Assembly: GCF_006345805.1 (NCBI RefSeq) | Contig: NW_021825607.1 | Coordinates: 1 to 14,921 of the forward strand | Reading direction: 5' to 3' | Origin: Octopus sinensis | Lineage: Eukaryota | DNA: 14,921 nt | Shown: positions 1 to 8,100 of the stretch, piece by piece | Layout of the letters: the number at the start of each line of letters is the position of its first letter | How positions within the stretch are numbered: the first letter of the stretch is position 1 | Position numbers and translations under genes: made by a program | The notes under the pieces: model-generated | What the model was told of the DNA's origin: nothing | Databases searched by the model: none | Seen by the model: only the letters and a program-made list of their open reading frames with translations

Positions 1-263
1 CTTAAAATTATTCATATCGTCATTGATATGAAAAATCCCTCATTCTACCTTCACTCAAAATTGACACCTTCCCTTAGGCTAGCTGCAAATTAGCTAGCCT
101 CTTACTTCAGCCACTTACGCTGAGATTATGGAACTGAAGTTGAAATTATAAGGGAGAAGGTGCGAGGAGAAAGCAAAGAAAAAACACAAGGAGGAGAAAA
201 AGAAAGTACAGGGAAAGAAACACGAAGAGAATATATGAGGTGATTTATTCATTCAATTTAGTT

Positions 264-499
264 CAGTGTTTCCCAGACTTTTTCGGACTACCCCCACCTT
301 GGTATCCGCGCCACATCCTTAGCGTGCGCCCCACCACTCAACAACACAAACACAGACGACTTTCTGCAGCAAATAAAACTTCACCTAAGTAACCTACTAT
401 TTTGATGTTATTACATCCATCGTTTCCATTTTGGCCTCCCACGTTGGATCTTTCCACCGCCCTCAGAGTAGGAAGTAGCACGCACTTTGGGAACCACTG
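264..499. mobile_element. Non-autonomous hAT-superfamily (Charlie-like) MITE, 236 bp
   Basis: TIRs CAGTGTTTCCCAGACT (264-279) and, on the minus strand, CAGTGGTTCCCAAAGT (499-484) match at 13/16. Perfect 8-bp TSD ATTTAGTT at 256-263 and 500-507. An 8-bp TSD with CAGTGGTTCCCAAA-type ends is typical of hAT-Charlie. No ORF. Confidence 0.9.
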
Positions 500-629
500 A
501 TTTAGTTAAACAAAGAAACAACATACAGTCATTCAACCTGTTGCAAATGTCAGACTAAACTCTATCGAAACAAACACTACTATCTTTAAATAATGAAGAG
601 CATGGTGAAAAATATAAAGCAATACATCG

Positions 630-900
630 AGAATACACACAACACACACACACACACACACGAACACACATACATACACACATATATGTATGAATGCATG
701 CATGTATTTATGAACGTATGCATGTATGCTTGCATGTATGTATGCATACATGTATGCATGTAAGTATGCATGTGTGCATGCATATATGTATGAATGCATG
801 TTTGTTTGTATGTATACATGCATGTATGCATGCATGTATGTATGTTTGTATGTATGTATGCATGTATGTATGTATGCATGTATGTATGTGTGCATGTATG
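630..900. repeat. Compound microsatellite: (CA)n, then degenerate (CATG/TATG)n
   Basis: Directly visible; source of the overlapping HTYM/CMYV ORFs. Confidence 0.95.
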
Positions 901-957
901 GTAACATGTAACCCAGTACAACCTGTTGCATGGTCGGGTCGTCGGCGACTAAACCGG
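901..957 (+). ncRNA. Candidate degenerate HDV-like self-cleaving ribozyme
   Basis: Elements occur in HDV order: P1 902-908/929-935 (5/7 pairs), P2 913-917/953-957 (4/5), P3/L3 919-928, P1.1 CC922-923/GG936-937, P4 939-941/946-948, J4/2 CTAA 949-952. The P3/L3 segment is about 2 nt shorter than canonical. Confidence 0.35.
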
Positions 958-1417
958 CAACCCCACCAAGCTTGCTTGGAGAGGAGGGTGTTTATAGGAC
1001 ACCCTGTGGGATGAAAAACAAAAGCTATCAAAGGGCGGAGGAACTCTTGAGAGTCAACTGCCATCCAATAAATGTCTTAAGGCTGTATCATGCGCGGGGA
1101 CATAGAAATAATCGGACTGAATACCCGATTGCACAGTTAAAAAATTGGGAGTGAAGGATGCGTTAGGGCATCCCTCTAGGAGAAGGTAACTCAAGTAACT
1201 GGGATAACTCCGACGTAAAACCTGCGGCTCAGTGCTTACCGATGATGTTGACTTGTTCTTCTTTTCGGATTATGGCTACTGTTGCTTAGTGAGTGGGATT
1301 GATTCAGTGCACAGCCTTTCCTCACTTTAAAAAAAATCTTCTTGCACAGGCATTGCACGATAATAACATTGATTAAGCTTCGTGCAATGGCCATACTCAA
1401 TAACGAGGGGCAGCCAC
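901..1417 (+). mobile_element. 5' portion (5' UTR and possibly first codons) of an RTE-clade non-LTR retrotransposon, 3'-truncated
   Basis: GC-richer ~517-bp island between two CATG/TATG arrays. CCCTCTAGGAGAAGGTAACTC...AAAACC (about 1171-1222) resembles the CTAGGAGAAGGAAAACTC...AAACC motif I recall from RTE 5' UTRs. HDV-like fold at the 5' edge and several hairpins. Ends in the open peptide AMAILNNEGQPP, with no recognisable APE or RT domain. Family assignment is by resemblance only. Confidence 0.55.
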
Positions 1418-1775
1418 CATGTATGCATGCATGTATGTACGTATGTATATATGCATGCATGTTTATATGCGTGTATGTATGTATTCATGTTTGCATGTAT
1501 GTTTGTATGTATGCATGTATATATGCATGTAGGAATGTATGTATATAAGTATGCATGTATCTATGTAAGTATGCATATATGTATGCATGTATGTGTGCAT
1601 GTATGTATGTATATATGCATGCATGTATGTATATATGCATGCATGTATGTATATATATATGTATGTATGCATGCATGTATGTATCCATGTATGTATGTTC
1701 GTATGTATGTATGTACGTACGTATGCATGCATGTATGTAAGAATGCGTGTGTATGTTTGCATGTATGTATGCATG
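1418..1775. repeat. Degenerate (TATG/CATG)n microsatellite array
   Basis: Directly visible; same repeat type as 680-900. Confidence 0.95.
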
Positions 1776-1776
1776 T

Positions 1777-1970
1777 TCTTTTACTTTCTTCAGTCCTAGC
1801 ACTGTGGCCATGCTAAGACACTCCCCTGCAGGGGATCAAATGTACCCCAGTACTTACTTTGAATCCTAATGCATAATCATTCGATATTTTTTGCTGAGCA
1901 GCGAGTTTCCGTGGAGGTGAACACCCCAACGCCGGTTGTCGAGTGGTGATGGACCAAACACACATATATA
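1777..1970 (-). mobile_element. Old, diverged 3' half of SINE family A
   Basis: Aligns by eye with 7614-7810 (ttcagtc..actgtggccatgct..accccag..actta..gccggttgtc..aaacac), at much lower identity. Confidence 0.6.
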
Positions 1971-2139
1971 CACACACATACGCACATATATACATATACG
2001 GTAGAATTTTCACAAAGTTTTCCTCTACCAATCTATGCATTGAATTATGCGTTTATATAATGTACACTTATGCATAAATTAGCTTAGATATATACCTATA
2101 TACATACTCACAAATACACGTACAGACACATATAAATGT

Positions 2140-2208
2140 ACGTACGACATAGTATTAAACACACACACACACACACTCACACACACATACAAACACACAC
2201 ACACATAT
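2140..2208. repeat. (CA)n microsatellite
   Basis: Directly visible. Confidence 0.95.
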
Positions 2209-2546
2209 ATTTATCATAAGCTCTGCTGGGCCACCAGGCAAAAAGCATTGGATAATTTAATGAAGAACTCCAAGTAATCTTTTGGCAGAGTCCCAAGATA
2301 TGGTCTATCACAATTCTATATTGTAAATTCGTGGATGGGCTTCAGATAATCTGGTTTACAGAGTGATATATAAGAAACAATTTTAAAATACTGGTTATTA
2401 CATATAGTTCCTTTATTAGAGCAAATTTGGCTTACAACAGTTTCCAGTAGTCATTATAGGTAATTTACTGATAGGTTTACTCAATTGGTCGCTTGATCAG
2501 TTCAGGCAAATTGAACGACCTAAGAAAATTAATGCTTGTTTCTAAG

Positions 2547-2778
2547 GTATTAGTGCATTACGGCCGTTTCAGGCGGCTACATTTAATCGAACAATGCAAG
2601 CATTACATCAATTTGAAATACACCGCCTTCCTCAGGTCCAAATTATGAAAATAGATTATAATGTAGTATCATATATGTTGAATACCTATATGGTTTTATG
2701 TGTCCGAGGGGGAGGGGGCGGTGTATTTCAAATTAATATAATGCTTGCATCGTTCGATTAAATGGAATGCACTTATAC
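2547..2778. mobile_element. Foldback/MITE-like element with long imperfect inverted arms
   Basis: 2580-2628 CATTTAATCGAACAATGCAAGCATTACATCAATTTGAAATACACCGCC pairs with about 2717-2764 with 3 mismatches. Outer arms GTATTAGTGCATT (2547-2559) and AATGCACTTATAC (2766-2778). The left arm has a ~19-bp insert. No clear TSD. Confidence 0.7.
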
Positions 2779-2897
2779 TTTGACATCCTTATTTGCTTTT
2801 TATTCACTTTACTTCGAGCTGTGCGGATAATACCGAACTGAACTGACTTGGTGCCTCAACTTAAGTACCTAATTCAAATGAATCTTAACTATTTCTT

Positions 2898-2925
2898 ACA
2901 CACACGCGCGCACACACACACACAA

Positions 2926-2958
<33 letters not shown>

Positions 2959-3080
2959 AAGTGAGAGGGAGGAGAGAGAGAGAGAAAGCGAGAAACTTAC
3001 GCAGAGACACATGGGCACACATGTCTGTATGTATGCATGTGCATACGTGTATGTATATATTTATATATGAAGTATATATG
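2898..3080. repeat. Compound (CA)/(TA)/(GA)/(TATG) microsatellite
   Basis: Directly visible. Confidence 0.9.
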
Positions 3081-3083
3081 TAA

Positions 3084-3482
3084 TAAGAAGCTTGCTTCCC
3101 CGTCGGAGGTGCTTGATTAGTATTAGTGTAAGTAGAATCCCAGTTTGGATTCAGTCCCACTACTTGGTACCTTGAGCAAGTGTCTTCTACTGTAACCCCA
3201 GGCCGACCAAAGCCTTGTGAGCAGCTTTGGTAGACGAAAACTGAAAGAAGCCAGGGGCATATGTGTATGTGTCGTTTTGTCTGTGTTTGTCCCCACCATC
3301 GCTTGACAAATAGTACTGGTGTGTTTATGTCTCCCTAACCAAGCTGTTCAGCAAAAGAAACTGATAGAATATGTTCTAATCCTTAAAAGAATAAGTCCTA
3401 GGGTCGATTCATTCGACTAAAAAGAATTCTTCAATGCTGTGCCCCAGCATGGCCGCAGTCTAATGATTGAAACGAGTAAAAG
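3084..3482 (+). mobile_element. tRNA-derived SINE family A, 5'-truncated, with foreign sequence in the head
   Basis: Collinear with the 7614-8032 copy: TAAGAAGCTTGCTTCCC, TTCAGTCCCACT, CCTTGAGCAAGTGTCTTCTAC, GGCCGACCAAAGCCTTGTGAG, AAACTGAAAGAAGCC, short internal TG tract, 3' CCAGCATGGCCGCAGTC...GAAACGAGTAAAAG. Confidence 0.85.
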
Positions 3483-3519
<37 letters not shown>

Positions 3520-3874
3520 ATGTGTCCCCGTATATAGTATAAATATATATATTTGCTCGAACCTGCATAATATTTCCTGGCTTCAAATAGAAGTAAAATA
3601 ATTTGCCCAGCTCTTTTCCCGTCGAATTTTACTAATGTATGATATTCTAATAACATGAGTTAATTATAGTTATATTTCCTATGCAGTGTATGCGTTCTTT
3701 ACTTATAAATTCTATATAATTTATAAACACTTCTTTCTTTTTGTTTGTGGTGTCCTGCGTGATAAAGGGACTTAATTGCGAAAGCCTCTTATTGGACAGG
3801 GCACCTTTTAATAGAAGCAATTTACATCTTGTGGTTGAAGTTAACTGTTATCATTCAACACTCCTGTTTCTAGC

Positions 3875-3903
3875 TTAAGGTCACTTAAGGTCTTTTAAGG
3901 TCA
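3875..3903 (+). promoter_or_regulatory. Candidate nuclear-receptor response array: three TTAAGGTCW units (DR4-DR4)
   Basis: AGGTCA 3878-3883, AGGTCT 3888-3893, AGGTCA 3898-3903, each separated by 4 nt. Motif only; function unproven. Confidence 0.35.
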
Positions 3904-4281
3904 GCAGGCGTAAACCAACCTGCATTTCTGTCATTTGTAATAGTCACTAAATGATTCGGACACATTCCTGAGCCCCCCAAAAAAGGGTTGGTGCGGGTGC
4001 GGAGACAGCTAATTATACGACTGCCAATCATTTCCTAACCTTTTCAAGTTATTATTTTGTTTTTAGGCTTTTTAATAATTCCTTTTGATTACTCACTCTA
4101 TATCTCAAGAACTTTAAACCCTTGTGCCATTTCTACGCAATCACAACCACTACTACCACCGCTTCAGCCACCGTAGTGTCTATCTTGGGTTTCATATTCT
4201 TGTTGGTAACCTGTAATTTTGTGCAAGATCTTTAAAGAATGGTGAAGGTTATTTCGAAGCCATTTTCACTCCCGACACCTC

Positions 4282-4294
4282 TGAACTATGACCT
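4282..4294 (-). promoter_or_regulatory. Candidate DR1 nuclear-receptor element AGGTCA-T-AGTTCA
   Basis: Plus-strand TGAACTATGACCT; both half-sites match RGKTCA. Motif only. Confidence 0.35.
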
Positions 4295-4334
4295 TTCTTC
4301 ATGTCATAAGTATTCTTCTCCAAAAGTGTACGCG

Positions 4335-4545
4335 CGGGCACACGCACACACACATACACACACTACATGTATATGTATATGTGTCTATATACATACCCGC
4401 CCGCCCGCCCGCACATACATACATCAATATATCACTGCATGCAAGTATATACATGTATGTATGTGTGTGTATATATGTGCATGATTGTGTGCGTGTGTAT
4501 GTATGTATGTATGTATGTATGTATCTATCTATCTATCTATATATA

Positions 4546-4587
<42 letters not shown>

Positions 4588-4834
4588 TAATACACACACA
4601 CACACATATATATATATATGCATGTATGTATGTATGTGTATATATAAATATATATATATACATTAATATATATTATATATATATATATAAATATATATAT
4701 ATATAATATATATATATACATACATATATATGTATTGAATATATATGTACATATATATGTATCAGTATATATATATATACGTACATACATACATACATCA
4801 TACATATATATATATACATACATACATACATACT

Positions 4835-4877
<43 letters not shown>

Positions 4878-4915
4878 ATGTATATATATATATATATTTA
4901 TGTATATTTATATAA
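4335..4915. repeat. Large compound microsatellite: (CA), (GCCC), (TG), (TATG), (TATC), (TA), (TACA)
   Basis: Directly visible. Confidence 0.95.
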
Positions 4916-5244
4916 ATAAGGATAAGATCGTTATTTAAATACCGATTTATGTGGCCAGCATGGGAATAAAAACCACATTTAATGTAGTTTTAGAGTCAAG
5001 TTTTGGCTGCTATTTCCAGCGTGGTGGTATCTCTTAGATACCCTAAATTATAATTTATGTATTTATGTATGTGTGTATATATTTATGTATGTATGCGTAC
5101 ACAACACACACGCAGAGAAACGTAGACTTATACACATATATGCATACAGACACACGAATATATACAGAAGCACATCATATTCTTAATTTTGAGAAAGTGG
5201 CAGTGATCATAACATTACTAGGATCTATGTGATTGGTGAGCTTC

Positions 5245-5860
5245 GTATTCACACTATTAATGTTCCGTTTAAACTTTTGCAGATTAACGCCTGCAGGAAA
5301 TTCACGAGCAGCGACAAGCCACCTGAGGACCAGCACTCTGAGGAAAAAGGATTGGGTGTAATGCTTACTTTGGGACCGGCAGTGCTGGATGCACTGAAGA
5401 AGATAAGTCGGTCAGAGGTGCTTGATTCGTATAAGCAGAAAAATCGCATAAAGTACAGCGCATATACGTGAACCAATGCCTGGAGACAGTTTGTTTGTGA
5501 TTGTATTCTAGGTATTCAAGTGACCTTTCTGTGCATATCGTTCAAGATGCCTCTAAGTGTAGCAACATCGATCTTTCTGCGCATATCGTTCAAGATGCCT
5601 CTAAGTGTAGCAACATCACTGTCCCAAATATAGGAGGAATATTCTATTGTGCACATCATTTGGGCCTTGCTGAATGTCAGCAGTTGTAGAAGGTTGAAAT
5701 ATTTTATGGTTAAAAAGCGAAGGCCTAATCTTTGAGAGGCGACCAGCGCAAAGTGAGGGATGTGCTTTCGTCAGGGAGACCCTCAGTAACAGGGAGACAC
5801 ATAGTATTTGAAACATTTGTAGTGACTCTGCCTGAGTGATGCTTTTATTTTGATGGAGTA
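5245..5860 (-). mobile_element. Decayed 3' end of a non-LTR retrotransposon ORF2 (RT C-terminal region), Jockey group (CR1/L2/Crack-like)
   Basis: Manual minus-strand translation across stops and frameshifts gives ILCVS..., RKHIPHFALVASQRLGLRFLTIKYFNLLQLLTFSKAQMMCTIEYSSYIWD (KAQ...IWD = 5668-5621), ...TNCLQALVH..., KHYTQSFF (HYTQSFF = 5363-5343) and FPAGVNLQKFKRNIN. These occur in the order of the family motifs W..HI..IA..AS..LG.L.R...YF...QLL.LYKAQ.RP.MEY.SH.W / L.PL..RR / Y..SFFPR...LWN.LP...FP...NL..FK..VN. Confidence 0.8.
5522..5617. repeat. Tandem duplication, 2 x 48 bp
   Basis: Units 5522-5569 and 5570-5617 differ at 2 positions; lies inside the LINE remnant. Confidence 0.97.
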
Positions 5861-5902
5861 GAGCCATGACATTTTCATAATATGCGTAGTGATATACATA
5901 AA

Positions 5903-5928
<26 letters not shown>

Positions 5929-5934
<6 letters not shown>

Positions 5935-6054
5935 ATTAGCACATCGAACCTAAATTGGATATGTTGTTCGGATCGTCTTAAATAGCTGTAAACATCCAGA
6001 GATACAATCTCATGTTGACGACTCGTGCTAATTAGGCACCGACGAAATGATCAT
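5929..6054. repeat. Unclassified dispersed repeat, copy 1 (~125 bp), with an internal 10-bp inverted repeat
   Basis: Direct repeat of 6863-6991. TAATTAGCAC (5933-5942) and GTGCTAATTA (6025-6034). Preceded by (TACA)n. Confidence 0.9.
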
Positions 6055-6149
6055 ACATACATGCGTACATACATACATGTTTATACACGCACACACTTAC
6101 ACAGAGGGACACATACACAGAAACATACATTTGCGATTTGTGTACGATT

Positions 6150-6315
6150 TCTTTACATCTCCAAAACTTAGCGAATTGGTTAAAAATGTAATCGATAAGA
6201 TTAGTACCAGACTTAAAATAAATATCGGAATTAGTTTAATTGATAAAATATATTTGAAGGTGGTGCCACAGTTTGGCCGCAGTCCGATGTCTAAAGCAAG
6301 TAAAACAATAAAAAT
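6150..6315 (+). mobile_element. Diverged 3' half of SINE family A
   Basis: aacttagcg..gataagattagtaccagactt..gaaggtggtgccacagtttggccgcagtccgatgtctaaagcaagtaaaa matches the tails at 3310-3482 and 8560-8680. Confidence 0.65.
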
Positions 6316-6379
6316 ATAATTATGTGTCTGTAGAACCCTTTGTATAAACGAAAACATATATAAACAGGGCATTAAAGCA

Positions 6380-6485
6380 TTATGTTTGCATGTATGTATG
6401 CATATGTATATATATATTATACATACATGCATACATACATAATACATACATGCATACACACACACACAAACACACACACACACCA

Positions 6486-6535
<50 letters not shown>
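6380..6535. repeat. Compound (TATG)/(TACA)/(CA)/(TA) microsatellite
   Basis: Directly visible. Confidence 0.95.
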
Positions 6536-6536
<1 letters not shown>

Positions 6537-6539
6537 TAT

Positions 6540-6652
6540 ATAGCGGGTATTACTATACATAAATGCCACGCGCTAGGAGGGACTCTTAAAGCAAAAACTA
6601 CTAAAATAAAGTCCTTTCTAGCGTGTCATTTACGTATAGTAATGCCCTCTAT
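6540..6652. mobile_element. Small foldback element / MITE remnant (113 bp)
   Basis: Left arm 6540-6584 and right arm 6610-6652 are reverse complements at 37/43 aligned positions plus a 2-nt indel; 25-bp AT-rich spacer. Confidence 0.75.
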
Positions 6653-6769
6653 TTAATATAAATGAATATATTTAATACAAAAATTGGTGGATTTTTCTCT
6701 TATGAGGTTTTACACGCTAACTACTTGATAAATTCTTATAAAGATTTTATCCTATATTTAAATTGTATA

Positions 6770-6862
6770 TATATATATATACACACATACACACACACAT
6801 ACATACATACATACATACATACATACATACATACATACATACATACCATACATATATACATA
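6770..6862. repeat. (TA)/(CA)/(TACA)n microsatellite
   Basis: Directly visible. Confidence 0.95.
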
Positions 6863-6991
6863 CATATAATTAGCACATCCAACCTAAATTTGATGCGTTG
6901 TTCAGATCGCCTTAAACAGCTGTAAACGTCCAGAGACACAATCTCATATTGACGGCGACACGTGCTAATTAAGCACCGACGAAATGATCAT
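6863..6991. repeat. Unclassified dispersed repeat, copy 2; continues into a CpG-rich segment to about 7424
   Basis: Direct repeat of 5929-6054 with one 3-bp indel. Inverted repeat TAATTAGCAC 6867-6876 / GTGCTAATTA 6962-6971. Confidence 0.9.
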
Positions 6992-7424
6992 CTGCACCGA
7001 TGGATGCCACTGTCGCATCACGTAATTTCACCATTAGTTGCGGACCATCAGCAACACTCAGCTTCGTAAACGAATACCACAGCGAAAATCAGTCGAACCG
7101 ATAAAATAAAATAGCGGCCAAACAGTCAGTGATGCCGCGAAAAGCCAGCGGGCTACGAATAGATTACCTATTAGCCGAGATGATTAAAACATTATTCATA
7201 GCTCAAGCAATCGAATCAACAGCCGTCTTTTTTCATATGCTTCTCAGTTGAAATATTTTACTCTATTTTTACGCAGTTCACTTACCTCGTTGGGTAATAT
7301 AATTTGAGACTTGATAACGGTACTTTCATTTGCTATTGGGTAGTATGTATGTGCCCGTTAAGTGCTTGGTGTGGCTGCTGGCTTCAGTAGAACGCTTACC
7401 GGATGAGTGTCGTTATAAGTAAAA

Positions 7425-7498
<74 letters not shown>

Positions 7499-7523
7499 CA
7501 TATATACCTATATATAATTATAT

Positions 7524-7570
<47 letters not shown>

Positions 7571-7612
7571 GTGTTGTGTGTGTGTGTGTGGTGTGTGTGT
7601 GTATATATGTAT
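7425..7612. repeat. (TATC)18 followed by (TA)n and (TG)n
   Basis: Perfect TATC run 7425-7496. Confidence 0.97.
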
Positions 7613-7613
7613 A

Positions 7614-7813
7614 TTCTTTTGTTTGTTTCAGTCATTTGACTGCAGCCATGCTGGAGCACCACCTTTAGCCGAACAAATCAACCCCAGGATTTCTTCTTTG
7701 TTAGCCTAGTACTTATTCTATCGGTCTCTTTTACCGAAACGCTAAGGTTACGGGGACATAAACACACCAACATCGGTTGTCAAGTAATGGTGGGGGCAAA
7801 CACAGACACACAA

Positions 7814-7880
<67 letters not shown>

Positions 7881-8032
7881 CGATGGACTTCTTTCAGTTT
7901 CCGTCCACCAAATCCATTCACTTACAAGGCTTTGGTCGGCCCGAGGCTATAGTAGAAAACACGCAGTGGGACTGAACCTGGAACCATGTTGTTGGGAAGC
8001 AAGCTTCCTACCACACAGCCACTCCTGCGCCT
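7614..8032 (-). mobile_element. Near full-length tRNA-derived SINE family A with internal (TA)n
   Basis: Minus-strand head AGGCGCAGGAGTGGCTGTGTGG with A-box-like TGGCTGTGTGG (8021-8011) and B-box-like GGTTCAGTCCC (7978-7968); then body, (TA)n at about 7810-7879, and 3' half ending GACTGAAACAAACAAAAGAA. Confidence 0.9.
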
Positions 8033-8100
8033 ATACATACATACATACATACATACATACATACTAGGCCTATTTCTAGAGATCAAAGAATTTTTTCTAC

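Noticed and set aside
4050-4230. Possible exon on either strand
   Set aside because: Early stops, unrecognised peptides and no consistent acceptor-donor pair.
5026-5042. Hairpin GGTATCT-ctt-AGATACC as a terminator
   Set aside because: A short stem with no U-tract; intrinsic terminators do not apply to this eukaryotic context.
5229-5471. Plus-strand ORF with an acceptor-like TTTTGCAG at 5275-5282 as a host exon
   Set aside because: It is antisense to the LINE ORF2 remnant, which explains the composition; the peptide is unrecognised.
5522-5617. CRISPR-like repeat
   Set aside because: Two abutting units with no spacer, no cas genes, eukaryotic context.
5501-5689. ORF with repeated DLS.HIVQDASKCSNI as a repeat protein
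   Set aside because: Produced by the 48-bp duplication on the antisense strand of the LINE fossil.
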